DNA of 64,000 nucleotides from Oligoflexales bacterium (GCA_041736175.1 JBGSUI010000014.1:64001-128000), one strand, 5' to 3'. Counted from the stretch's first letter, positions 49,836 through 59,527 are shown. Program-made: numbers and translations. Notes: generated from the letters alone by a model not told the origin.

Positions 49836-49919
49836 TGAAGTGGACAATATGCAGGGCGTCTCCTCCTCCGCCTGATGAGTTAGGTTTCCGCGGTTTTACT
49901 AAATCGAAAGGATTTTAGG

Positions 49920-50696
49920 ATGAAAGCTGTGATTTTGGCAGGTGGTCTCGGTAGTCGTCTAAGTGAAGAAACGGTCCTCAAGCCTAAGCCCATGGTTGAG
50001 ATAGGAAGTAAGCCGATACTCTGGCACATTATGAAGATCTATAGCCACTATGGAATTACTGACTTTGTAGTATGTTTGGGGTATCGGGGTTATGTTATAA
50101 AAGAATATTTTGCAAATTACTTTCTTCATAACTCAGATATTACGATCGACCTTAAAAAAAATGGTTTCGACGTTCACTTTAACAAGGCAGAGCCTTGGAA
50201 AGTCACTCTGGTTGATACAGGCCTAAATTCAATGACAGGGGGTCGGATTAAGCGTATTCAACATCATGTTGGTGACGGTACTTTTTTAATGACCTACGGA
50301 GATGGTCTTTCGGACATTGACATCAATAAACTCGTCGAGTTTCATCGTCGTAGTCAGAAATGGTGTTCTGTCACAGCAATCCAACCTCCCGGACGGTTTG
50401 GATCACTCGATATTAATGATAAGGGGGTGGTTAAAAACTTTATTGAAAAGCCCTCTGGCGAAGGAGGTTGGATCAATGGAGGGTTTTTTGTGCTTGAACC
50501 GGAGATATTCCGCTTCATTGATCACGATGGCACGACTTGGGAGCAGGAGCCTTTACGAAATCTTGCTTCCCAAGGACAGTTAGCAGCATACAAGCACTCG
50601 GGTTTTTGGCAGCCGATGGACACATTGCGGGACAAACAGCATCTTGAGCAGCTTTGGAACAGTCCGAACCCGCCTTGGAAGGTCTGGAATCAATAG
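49920..50696 (+). CDS. rfbF: Glucose-1-phosphate cytidylyltransferase
   Basis: ILAGGLGSRLSEET, KPMVEIG, MTGGR, FWQPMDTLRD. Confidence 0.96.
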   Translation: MKAVILAGGLGSRLSEETVLKPKPMVEIGSKPILWHIMKIYSHYGITDFVVCLGYRGYVIKEYFANYFLHNSDITIDLKKNGFDVHFNKAEPWKVTLVDTGLNSMTGGRIKRIQHHVGDGTFLMTYGDGLSDIDINKLVEFHRRSQKWCSVTAIQPPGRFGSLDINDKGVVKNFIEKPSGEGGWINGGFFVLEPEIFRFIDHDGTTWEQEPLRNLASQGQLAAYKHSGFWQPMDTLRDKQHLEQLWNSPNPPWKVWNQ

Positions 50697-50721
50697 TAAG
50701 AGTTAACAAGAAGGGTTTAGC

Positions 50722-51816
50722 ATGATTTCTAATCAGATCAAATCAAATATGCAATTAAATCGAGAATTTTGGCGCAATAAAAGAGTTTTGGTTACTGGGC
50801 ATTCCGGGTTTAAGGGGGGGTGGTTGTCGGCCTGGCTTATCGATATGGGTGCCAATGTAACAGGAATCAGTTTACCACCACAGACGAAACCTTCATTTTT
50901 TGAGGCAACTGATCTTGGTGCGAGGATGAAGTCCATTTTTCTCGATATTCGCGACGGGCGGGAACTGGCAAACCAAGTTGTTGCTGCAAATCCAGAAATT
51001 GTTTTTCACTTGGCTGCTCAACCTATCGTCATTGATTCCTACAGTGACCCCCTTGGTACCTATGAAACCAATGTCACAGGTACTATCAACCTCCTGGAAG
51101 GTATTCGGAAATGTCCAGGCGTGAGGGCTTCTGTCATTGTCACCAGTGATAAATGTTATGAAAATCTTAATTGGGCCTACGGTTACCGGGAAATTGACCG
51201 ACTTGGAGGTCATGATCCTTACAGCAATAGCAAAGCTTGCACTGAGTTGGTGGTCTCGGCTTATCGTCATTCCTTTTTCAATAAAAAAGGTCAGACAGTG
51301 TTGGCGTCCGTACGTGCTGGGAATGTATTTGGCGGTGGTGACTGGGCTCGATATCGACTGATACCCGACTGTATGCGTGCTTATGCTGCTGGTCAAACAA
51401 TGGTAGTTCGCAATCCCTCCTATACACGCCCTTGGCAGTTTGTGGTAGAGCCCCTTCGAGGTTACTTGCAGGTAGCTCAAGCTTGTTACGAATGGGGAAC
51501 AGACTTTGGAATGGCTTTTAATTTTGGTCCTAAAGACTCAGATATCTTGCATGTTGAACAAGTCGTCAAAGTTTTTTCGACCCATTTAGGAGTACAACCA
51601 GAGCAGTTTGCAATGGCGGCAAAATCGAACGCTGAGACCCTCCATGAGGCGTTTGTTCTCAAACTCGATAGTAGTTTAGCCCAAGAAAAGCTGGGCTGGC
51701 GTCAAACAGTCGAGCTACCCCTCGGGCTCAAGTTGACAGCCGAATGGTACAAGGCATACTATTCAAATCCGGATTCGGCTAAAATGTGGAGTTTGACTCT
51801 AAGTCAGCTTAAATAG
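50722..51816 (+). CDS. rfbG: CDP-glucose 4,6-dehydratase
   Basis: VTGHSGFKGGW, HLAAQP, TSDKCY, DPYSNSK, RPWQ. Confidence 0.96.
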   Translation: MISNQIKSNMQLNREFWRNKRVLVTGHSGFKGGWLSAWLIDMGANVTGISLPPQTKPSFFEATDLGARMKSIFLDIRDGRELANQVVAANPEIVFHLAAQPIVIDSYSDPLGTYETNVTGTINLLEGIRKCPGVRASVIVTSDKCYENLNWAYGYREIDRLGGHDPYSNSKACTELVVSAYRHSFFNKKGQTVLASVRAGNVFGGGDWARYRLIPDCMRAYAAGQTMVVRNPSYTRPWQFVVEPLRGYLQVAQACYEWGTDFGMAFNFGPKDSDILHVEQVVKVFSTHLGVQPEQFAMAAKSNAETLHEAFVLKLDSSLAQEKLGWRQTVELPLGLKLTAEWYKAYYSNPDSAKMWSLTLSQLK

Positions 51817-51848
51817 AAGCACGTGAAGAAGATAGGATTGCCTATAAA

Positions 51849-52745
51849 ATGAAAGTGTTGGTAACTGGTGCTACGGGATTTATTGGGTCACATTTTGTTA
51901 AAAAATCTTTGGAAAACGGTTGGTCAACCCATGCAGTCGTACGCGAGGGATCAAATCACTCAATTTTGCAGCACGGACGATTATCACCCAGCACCCATCT
52001 TTATAACGGTACTCTGGAATCGCTGATAGACATTGTAAATACAACTAAACCGAATGTAGTCGTCCATGTTGCCTCATGCTTTATTGCCGAGCACAAGCCT
52101 CAAGACGTTGACAGGCTCGTGTCTTCAAATTTATTGTTTGGCACGCAACTCTTAGAGGCAATGTCATTAGGAGGGATTCGGAACTTTCTAAATGTCGGAA
52201 CCTCTTGGCAGCATTTTGAAGATCGCGACTACAGTCCTGTTTGTCTATACGCTGCAACAAAGGAAGCCTTTGAAAAGCTGTTGCAGTACTACGTAGAAGT
52301 ACGCTCCATCAACGCTGTTACCCTCAAGCTCTATGATACCTACGGACCTGGAGATGAGCGAAAAAAGCTTTTTTTTCTCTTCAAAAGCCTGATGAGTCCC
52401 TTGGCTAAGCCTCTTCAAATGTCTCCGGGTGAGCAGCTCTTGAATCTAGTGCATATTGATGACGTTATTAGTGCCTTTGAGCAAGCTCTTGCTCTTCTAG
52501 AGCGAGGAGAAGCCCCAAAAAACAACTGTTTTACAGTGGCAGCAAGTGAGTCGATCACTCTAAAAGACTTAGTAGCCCTTGTAGAGCAGATCACTCATAA
52601 GAAGCTACCGATTGAATGGGGGCGGCGTCCTTACCGTGGGCGTGAGGTGATGCGCCCGTATTCTAGAATTCGTCCAGTCCCAGGATGGAGTCCAAAAGTC
52701 TCCCTGCAAACTGGTATAACCAAACTTTTTGTAGAAGAGCACTGA
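51849..52745 (+). CDS. NAD-dependent CDP-3,6-dideoxyhexose 4-reductase (abequose/paratose synthase-like)
   Basis: GATGFIG, LYAATK, DTYGPGD, YRGREVM; located within the rfb cluster. Confidence 0.75.
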   Translation: MKVLVTGATGFIGSHFVKKSLENGWSTHAVVREGSNHSILQHGRLSPSTHLYNGTLESLIDIVNTTKPNVVVHVASCFIAEHKPQDVDRLVSSNLLFGTQLLEAMSLGGIRNFLNVGTSWQHFEDRDYSPVCLYAATKEAFEKLLQYYVEVRSINAVTLKLYDTYGPGDERKKLFFLFKSLMSPLAKPLQMSPGEQLLNLVHIDDVISAFEQALALLERGEAPKNNCFTVAASESITLKDLVALVEQITHKKLPIEWGRRPYRGREVMRPYSRIRPVPGWSPKVSLQTGITKLFVEEH

Positions 52746-52748
52746 TTC

Positions 52749-53288
52749 ATGTTTGAGTTTATCGAAACAAAACTACGAGGCTGCTTACTTATTAAGAGTA
52801 GGAAATTTTCCGATAGCCGAGGCGAGTTTTTAAAAGTGTTTGCTAAGTCAGAGTTTAGGAAAAATGGAATCGATTTTGATTTTTCAGAACAGTTTTTTTC
52901 TGTCTCCAAAAAGGGCGTCTTACGAGGTCTGCACTTTCAGATCCCGCCTCACGACCACGCTAAGATTGTTTACTGTGTCAGTGGTCAAGTTCTGGATGTC
53001 GTAGTCGACTTGCGTAAATCTAGTGCTACCTATGGTCAGCATATTACTATTGAGTTGGCAGAGAACATGAGTGATATACTTTATATTCCCACAGGCATGG
53101 CTCACGGATTTTATTCACAAGCAGATAAATCAATAATGATTTATAACGTATCCACGCAGCATGACCCTACTCATGATCGAGGAATTCGCTGGGATTCGTG
53201 CAATATCAGGTGGCCAGGAGTGACTCCGGTTCTTTCTGAAAGGGATCAGAGCTTCCCATCTATGGCTGATTTTGATTCGCCATTCTAA
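52749..53288 (+). CDS. rfbC: RmlC-like NDP-4-keto-6-deoxyhexose 3,5-epimerase
   Basis: DSRGEF, GVLRGLHFQ, DVVVDLR, GMAHGF. Confidence 0.9.
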   Translation: MFEFIETKLRGCLLIKSRKFSDSRGEFLKVFAKSEFRKNGIDFDFSEQFFSVSKKGVLRGLHFQIPPHDHAKIVYCVSGQVLDVVVDLRKSSATYGQHITIELAENMSDILYIPTGMAHGFYSQADKSIMIYNVSTQHDPTHDRGIRWDSCNIRWPGVTPVLSERDQSFPSMADFDSPF

Positions 53289-53353
53289 TAGGTTTCGTGA
53301 TCATCTTATTGTTTCCATACCAATCCATTTAGTCTTAATAGTTAGGGGATGTT

Positions 53354-54658
53354 ATGACCGATCTTCGTAGCGAAATATTAGCTTTAGGAGCCAAATACTA
53401 TCAGGAAAAATTCGGGGGCAAGACCCTCGTTCCAGGGGTGGATCAATTGCCAGCAAACGGCAAGGTGATGGCTGCTGATGACCTTGTCAATCTACTTGAT
53501 TCTTCTTTGGATATGTGGCTCACAGCCGGACGTTTTGCAGACAATTTTGAGCGAGAGTTCGCGACGACATTCGGCTCTCGTTATTCATTACTGGTAAACT
53601 CTGGGTCAAGTGCCAACTTAGTGGCATTTTCGGCTCTTACCAGTCCCTATCTCAAGGAACGCGCCCTTAAACCTGGCGATGAGTTTATCACCCCAGCATG
53701 CGGCTTTCCGACAACGGTCAATCCAGCGATACAGTTTGGGATGCAGCCGCGTTTTGTTGATGTGGACTTAAAAACCCATAACGTTTTGCCCGAAACCATC
53801 GAGCAGGCAATCACACCTAAAACTAAGCTGGTGATGATTGCTCACGCCCTAGGCAACCCGTTTGATTCCAAAAAAGTTGCTGAGATTTGTAAAGCAAGGG
53901 GAATCTGGCTGGTTGAAGACTGCTGCGATGCGCTAGGCGCAGAAATCCATGGCAGGAAGGTCGGAACTTTTGGTGATTTAGCAACCTGTAGCTTTTATCC
54001 TGCTCATCATATCACCATGGGGGAAGGTGGAGCTGTGATGACTTCGAGTCCCGTACTAAAAAAAGTAGCTGAAAGTTTTCGCGATTGGGGGCGAGACTGT
54101 TATTGTCCTCCCGGTAAAGAAGACACCTGCGGGAAGCGTTATGGTTGGAAACTTGGTAAGCTACCGGAAGGTTACGATCACAAGTACATCTATACCCACC
54201 TTGGATATAACCTCAAAGTGACGGATATGCAGGCGTCGGTTGGGCTTTCCCAGCTTAAGCGGCTCGACAGCTTTGTAGCAGCACGGCGCAAAAACTTCGG
54301 GTTTTTAAAAGCTGAAATATCTCGGCTCGGAGGTGATGAGTTTTTTCACATGCCCCAGGCTACGGAGAACTCTAACCCATCTTGGTTTGGGTTTTTGCTG
54401 ACTCTTAAGAACCGAGATAAACCCCGGAAAGCTATGTTGCAGTTATTAGAGTCCAAGAAAATCGGTACACGGCTTTTATTTGGAGGCAATTTATTGGCCC
54501 AGCCAGCTTACGCTTCAATTAGGCATACAGTGGTCGGTGATCTAGCCACCACCAATCTTGTGATGACTCACTCTTTCTATGTAGGTATCTGGCCCGGTTT
54601 AACAGAAGACTGTTTGCGGTATATGGCTCGAACTTTGGTTGAAGGTGCTAAAAACTAG
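53354..54658 (+). CDS. rfbH: CDP-4-keto-6-deoxyglucose 3-dehydratase (E1)
   Basis: VNSGSSANL, EDCCDA, SFYPAHHITMGEGG (His in place of Lys), DWGRDCYC...DTC. Confidence 0.95.
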   Translation: MTDLRSEILALGAKYYQEKFGGKTLVPGVDQLPANGKVMAADDLVNLLDSSLDMWLTAGRFADNFEREFATTFGSRYSLLVNSGSSANLVAFSALTSPYLKERALKPGDEFITPACGFPTTVNPAIQFGMQPRFVDVDLKTHNVLPETIEQAITPKTKLVMIAHALGNPFDSKKVAEICKARGIWLVEDCCDALGAEIHGRKVGTFGDLATCSFYPAHHITMGEGGAVMTSSPVLKKVAESFRDWGRDCYCPPGKEDTCGKRYGWKLGKLPEGYDHKYIYTHLGYNLKVTDMQASVGLSQLKRLDSFVAARRKNFGFLKAEISRLGGDEFFHMPQATENSNPSWFGFLLTLKNRDKPRKAMLQLLESKKIGTRLLFGGNLLAQPAYASIRHTVVGDLATTNLVMTHSFYVGIWPGLTEDCLRYMARTLVEGAKN

Positions 54659-54767
54659 ACTTTGGTCCAGGAATCGGGCGGCTAAGTGGTAAGGAGACCT
54701 GAATCTAAAATTTCTTGTAAAGTTCATGATTCTCTTTTATCATCAACCTTCTAACTTCGATTAAGAG

Positions 54768-54955
54768 TGGTGCTTTGGGTTGCCGTAATATCAAATCAGT
54801 CTTCCAAGGGATCGGCCTCGAGGTTGTCTTATGACAACTATCCTCGGGCTGCTGAATTTGCGTTACAATAGGAGCAACCCTAGGTATTATCCGGTCCGAG
54901 GTCGGTCATCGGGGCCACCACCGGGTAACTCACGGAAGTACCCGTGGGATAGTGA
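54768..54955 (+). ncRNA. Candidate structured RNA or long 5' leader of the RRM gene
   Basis: Long irregular hairpin 54768-54889 plus further hairpins, no ORF; family not recognised. Confidence 0.35.
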
Positions 54956-55005
54956 GTCTGGGAAGGCGGCGCATTCAGCGTCGGCGAGATAGGAGCATGT
55001 GAGAA

Positions 55006-55389
55006 ATGTCGAAGAAGCTTTTTGTGGGCGGATTGAGTTGGGGTACGAATGACGAAGGCTTAAGGCAGGCTTTTGCGAAATTCGGCCAAATTAGCGAAGC
55101 CAAAGTCATTACGGATCGGGAAACAGGCCGCTCACGAGGATTTGGGTTTATCACCTTTTCATCTGACAGCGATGCTATGTCAGCAATGCAAGAGATGGAT
55201 GGCAAGGAGCTTGACGGGCGTACTATTAAAGTAAACGAGGCCCAAGAGCGTCCTGCAGGTGGTGGCGGTGACCGAGGCGGTGGCGGTGGTCGCGGTGGTG
55301 ACCGAGGCGGCGGCGGTGGTCGCGGTGGTTACGGCGGCGGCGGTGGCGGTCGTGGTGGTGACCGAGGCGGCGGCGGCAATCGCTGGTAG
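55006..55389 (+). CDS. RRM RNA-binding protein with Gly/Arg-rich tail
   Basis: KLFVGGL (RNP2), RGFGFI (RNP1), GGDRGGGGGR repeats. Confidence 0.95.
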   Translation: MSKKLFVGGLSWGTNDEGLRQAFAKFGQISEAKVITDRETGRSRGFGFITFSSDSDAMSAMQEMDGKELDGRTIKVNEAQERPAGGGGDRGGGGGRGGDRGGGGGRGGYGGGGGGRGGDRGGGGNRW

Positions 55390-55519
55390 GATTTGTTTCA
55401 AAGACTTAGAAAAAGCTCTTTAAAATAGAGCTGTTTATCCCTATAAGGAGAGGAGCAGCCTGGTCTCAAAAGCCGCAGCCCTCTCCGATATCTTTTTTAA
55501 TTTTTAATATTTGCTAAAA

Positions 55520-55575
55520 TAGATCCTATGTACTAGATCCTATGTACTAGATCCAAGGTAACAGATCCTGGGTAT
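55520..55575. repeat. Four 14 bp tandem repeats
   Basis: TAGATCCTATGTAC x2, TAGATCCAAGGTAA, CAGATCCTGGGTAT. Confidence 0.75.
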
Positions 55576-55726
55576 GAGTTTCTAGGTGCAACCGAGCGAC
55601 CCTCTTTTTTGGCGTGCAGGTCATTAACCCCCACAGAAAGCTATCTGAGCATTCATGACCCGACACCGAGTGACAATCCTAAAAAACTCGTTTTCTGAAC
55701 TGAACGCTGTGGAGGGATGGTAGCTC

Positions 55727-56785
55727 TTGTCCTTGCAGCTCATCAAATCTCTTTTGAGCAAAGCTGCTGGTGCAACAGTTCTCCATATCTTACTGGTTCC
55801 CTGGTCTCTAGTGGGGGCGCCTTTCCGCGCCGAATCACAGCCTCTCCCCGAATACCACAACAGCCAAAAAGTCCTTATATCAGCTGAGCTTTTTGAAGCC
55901 AATTACCATGCTCCTGAACTCGTGGCAGAGATTATCAAGGCAGGATCCGCTGTGCTGATTGTTGAAAGCTATAAAAATCAGGTGAGTAGGAAAACTCTTG
56001 GTCTGAGTCAGAGGATTAAATCGCTGGTGGTGCCCCATAGGTATCCTTGGCTACGGGATTTTGGGCCCATAGTCGTCCGCAAGGGCGGCCAAAAAATCTT
56101 TTTAGATCTGGTCTATCCTGTGCCAGAGGACACAGTCCATGAAGGGTTTCCTAGAAGTCTGGGAGCTGGCTTAGGAGTGCCGGTTAAACAAGTCCCCTAT
56201 CAGCTGGATGGGGGCAATCTCTTGGTTGCCGAGGAGACTTGTGTTTATTCCCAGACCGAAAAAGCCCAGGATGGGCTCAGGCGGATCCTAGAGCTAGAAG
56301 TTGGGTGCAAAACCCAGGTGCCCCTTGTAAACCCGCCCCACCCCCATGTGGATATGTATGTGAAACTGCTTCCAGGAAAGGTTGCCGTGGTCTCAAAGAT
56401 CTTTGCTGAAACCCGCGACCATTGGCAGGCTTATGCTGGATCCCTGCCGGAAGAATTTGTTGATCTTGGAGCCAAACTTGAGGGTGTAGCCCACCAGCTC
56501 GCCCCCTATTTTAAGGTGGTTCGTATACCTATGCCGCTCCCTTTTCGAGGGGGATTTCGCTCCTATACCAATAGTGCCATCGTCAACCAAACCGTCATCG
56601 TCCCCTCCTATCGTAAGTTTGGTTGGAGTGAGGGGGATTATCCCGATAGGGACCTGACTGGATTTTATGAGCAAAAAGTGAGGGATGTTTATCAGTCATT
56701 TGGCTACAAGGTAAGTTTCGTCAATTCTGACGCTCTCATCTATAACGGTGGATCCTTCCACTGCGTGTTGTTGCAGATTCCTTAG
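55727..56785 (+). CDS. Agmatine / peptidylarginine deiminase family protein, probably secreted
   Basis: WLRDFGP, DGGN, HVD, GGSFHC catalytic motifs; hydrophobic N-terminus. Confidence 0.85.
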   Translation: MSLQLIKSLLSKAAGATVLHILLVPWSLVGAPFRAESQPLPEYHNSQKVLISAELFEANYHAPELVAEIIKAGSAVLIVESYKNQVSRKTLGLSQRIKSLVVPHRYPWLRDFGPIVVRKGGQKIFLDLVYPVPEDTVHEGFPRSLGAGLGVPVKQVPYQLDGGNLLVAEETCVYSQTEKAQDGLRRILELEVGCKTQVPLVNPPHPHVDMYVKLLPGKVAVVSKIFAETRDHWQAYAGSLPEEFVDLGAKLEGVAHQLAPYFKVVRIPMPLPFRGGFRSYTNSAIVNQTVIVPSYRKFGWSEGDYPDRDLTGFYEQKVRDVYQSFGYKVSFVNSDALIYNGGSFHCVLLQIP

Positions 56786-56824
56786 GGGTAAGATAGATCG
56801 AGATTTTTTTGTATTTTTTGTTTT

Positions 56825-57646
56825 TTGGAAAGGGAAATATTCGTGGCAGAGCATTGCAATCTCTATGATCGGGCAAAGTATTATGACATCATTTTTAAAA
56901 GAGATGTCACTGGAGAGGTGGGTTTTTTTAAAGACCTCTATCGCAAGCATACGGGTAAGGATTTTGAAAGGGTGTTAGATGTGGCCTGTGGACCGGGATA
57001 TCATGCTCGAGCGTTAGCTCTTCAGGGATACAAGACTTATGGGCTGGAGCTACGGGCGGAGATGCTGCGGTTTGCTGCCGAAGAAACCGCACTGGAAACA
57101 CCGCTCCAAGGCAAGGGTTCAGAGCCGGAATGGATCGAAGCCGATATGCGAACATTTAAGCTGAAACAGCCGGTGGATATGGCGTTTTGTGTATTCGATG
57201 GGCTTGATTGTTTGTTAACAAACGAAAACCTGAAACTTCATTTCCAAGCGGTCGCGGCAAATCTTACCCAAGGTGGTTTGTATCTAATCGATCTCAGTCA
57301 TCCGAGCGAGATCGACTGGACCCACTATAAGAAATTTCACTATTCTGGCCAAAGAGACGGCATAAAAGTCGACATTCATTGGGCGACCAATGACCCGACC
57401 TACGACCTAGCGACAGGGATTGCTAAGGTCGAAGTCAAGATGCTGGTTGATGACCATGGGCAAAAGTTCGAGGTGGTTGATATCGCTGAGGAGCGATTGA
57501 TGTTTCCCCAAGAGATTAATCTCTTGGCGGAGCTTTCGGGGGCTCTGAAAGTCCTTGCTTGGTACGGTGACTTTGATATCAACAGACCGTTAGATTCGAG
57601 TCCTAAATCACGACGGATGATCGGCGTCCTTCAGAAAATTGGGTGA
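56825..57646 (+). CDS. Class I SAM-dependent methyltransferase
   Basis: YYDIIF, VLDVACGPG, ADMRTF, GGLYLID. Confidence 0.9.
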   Translation: MEREIFVAEHCNLYDRAKYYDIIFKRDVTGEVGFFKDLYRKHTGKDFERVLDVACGPGYHARALALQGYKTYGLELRAEMLRFAAEETALETPLQGKGSEPEWIEADMRTFKLKQPVDMAFCVFDGLDCLLTNENLKLHFQAVAANLTQGGLYLIDLSHPSEIDWTHYKKFHYSGQRDGIKVDIHWATNDPTYDLATGIAKVEVKMLVDDHGQKFEVVDIAEERLMFPQEINLLAELSGALKVLAWYGDFDINRPLDSSPKSRRMIGVLQKIG

Positions 57647-58326
57647 GGATTGGAAAGGATATTAGGATGACCGTTAGCAAACCACGCAAAAATCTAGCCA
57701 TTCCTATAGGTACTCCTAGACGAAAGACCCATTTTGTCTCGATGAAATTGGTCCGAAGAATTCGACCCGAAAAAGGGGGCTACGGGGTCTTTGCTGCCGA
57801 AGATATCGCCAAGGGAACCCTCCTTGTGGTTTGGGGGGGGACGGTCATGACACTCGATGAGCTAGCATCCCAATCCCAAAGGGCTAGACGCCATAGCCTG
57901 CAAGTCGAAGAAAACCTCTATCTGGTCAACCAGGATCTTCCCGAAGTGGGTGACTATATCAACCACTCCTGCAGTCCAAATGTTGGTATGGCGGGGCAAA
58001 CAGCTCTGATTGCCATGCGGGATATCCATAGCCGCGAAGAAATCTGCTACGACTATGCCATGTCGGATGGAAGTCCCTATGATGAGTTTCTGTGCTCTTG
58101 CCAGTCTCCCTTGTGCCGCGGTGTGGTCACGGGGAGCGATTGGATGATTCTTGATTTGCAAGAGCGTTACCGCACTTATTTTTCGCCCTATCTCCAAAGG
58201 CGAATAGCCGCGTTGCAAGAGTCACAAAACTCCTCCAAAGGTTCTTTCGAAAGGGAGCGGGCGGGTGGGTTTGGAAAAGACGCGGAGTTTGTGTTGGTTT
58301 CAGACTACGTTGCCAAAAACCTTTAA
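57643..58326 (+). CDS. SET domain protein-lysine methyltransferase
   Basis: GYGVFA, YINHSCSPN, EEICYDY, post-SET CSCQSPLCRG. Confidence 0.92.
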   Translation: MRIGKDIRMTVSKPRKNLAIPIGTPRRKTHFVSMKLVRRIRPEKGGYGVFAAEDIAKGTLLVVWGGTVMTLDELASQSQRARRHSLQVEENLYLVNQDLPEVGDYINHSCSPNVGMAGQTALIAMRDIHSREEICYDYAMSDGSPYDEFLCSCQSPLCRGVVTGSDWMILDLQERYRTYFSPYLQRRIAALQESQNSSKGSFERERAGGFGKDAEFVLVSDYVAKNL

Positions 58327-58344
58327 CGGTCATAGCTGCTACTG

Positions 58345-59313
58345 TCACAGAAATCTGTACCGAGTCTGGTTTCGCACGCCACTAACTTCAAGCAAGCCGT
58401 CAGCCACCGCCTGAGAGAGGTCTCTCGCAGCCGTCGCCGAAGACAGTGACTTAAAGATCTTTAAGTAATCCTTGCGTGCAAACCACTGGGATCCGAGTTG
58501 TGAGCGGGCCTGCTTGATCCTCGAATCAGGTGAGGATGGCTCGACCCGGAAAGATTGCCAGAGGTCTTTGAGGGCTTGCTCAATGGCCTGCAGGGAAAAT
58601 TCGACAAAGAGCGTACAGTCACCGCTAAGGTCGCTTGTTCTCAGCACTTGGTAATACTCTGTTTGTCTTGCTCTGATCACGCTTTCGACTGGAAGCATGG
58701 TAAAAATAGGGTTGTCGTCAACCAGAATGACGTGTTGCCATAGTCGGCCTACGCGACCGTTGCCATCGCTGAACGGATGGATAAATTCGATTTCATAATG
58801 GACTGCGCAGGCGACCACAACCCGCGGCACGTTCCGACTGGTTCTGATGTAGTTCATTAAATCAGCCATCAACTTGGGCACCAGCGGAGCCTTAGGCGCT
58901 ACATGTTGTACTTTGCCACGACTGATAATGCCAACATTTCCAGAGCGAAACTTACCGGCGTCGGCGATCAGGCCATCCATGAGCAAGCCGTGGGCTTGCT
59001 TAAAATCACGCACGGAGTGGGGAGCAAAATCCCCCGCCGCAGCATAAGCATTGTTGGCATTCGTGACTTCGAGGATGTCCTTAGCTGGCGCGATGACCGG
59101 TGAACCGTCAAGAATCGTGCTCACCTGCTCCAGGCTGAGGGAATTTCCCTCTATGGCACAGCTTGATTGCACCGAGCGCAAACGATTTCGCCGTCGTAAC
59201 TCTGGGCGGACCGATCCGGTGGTGGCGCCTTCGAATCTCCCCAATAGCAGTTGAATGTTGGCGACCGAGGTTAGGATATTGTTTGTTAACTTAAATGGAG
59301 GCTGGTAAGTCAA
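58345..59313 (-). CDS. Fic family protein
   Basis: HPFSDGNGRVGR; SSCAIEGN inhibitory-type motif; C-terminal HTH-like region. Confidence 0.93.
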   Translation of the reverse strand: MTYQPPFKLTNNILTSVANIQLLLGRFEGATTGSVRPELRRRNRLRSVQSSCAIEGNSLSLEQVSTILDGSPVIAPAKDILEVTNANNAYAAAGDFAPHSVRDFKQAHGLLMDGLIADAGKFRSGNVGIISRGKVQHVAPKAPLVPKLMADLMNYIRTSRNVPRVVVACAVHYEIEFIHPFSDGNGRVGRLWQHVILVDDNPIFTMLPVESVIRARQTEYYQVLRTSDLSGDCTLFVEFSLQAIEQALKDLWQSFRVEPSSPDSRIKQARSQLGSQWFARKDYLKIFKSLSSATAARDLSQAVADGLLEVSGVRNQTRYRFL

Positions 59314-59398
59314 AGTTTTTCAGTCCTGCTTGATCAACCTCATGCTGCCCTGCCGTGTCCGGCGGCTCGGGGTTGTAGTATCAAAAAATGAGTCTCGA

Positions 59399-59435
59399 TG
59401 ATCGTATCATATGATACGATCACATGATACGATCA
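59399..59435. promoter_or_regulatory. 24 bp perfect palindrome plus an extra half-site upstream of fic
   Basis: TGATCGTATCAT-ATGATACGATCA (59399-59422), then ATGATACGATCA again (59424-59435). Confidence 0.55.
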
Positions 59436-59527
59436 GATGCCCATTTCACTCATGGGAAGCGGTGATTTCGACGTGGCATGACTGGCCTGTGGACTCCTGA
59501 CCCGAGGGTGGGAGGAGGCCAATGGGA

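Noticed and set aside
54768..54955. SRP RNA or a known riboswitch
   Set aside because: No SRP GNRA domain IV signature or recognisable aptamer consensus by eye; kept only as an unclassified candidate.
55258..55378. GGCGGT-rich repeat as a separate element (also the poly-Pro tract near 20885-20925)
   Set aside because: It simply encodes low-complexity Gly/Arg or Pro linkers.
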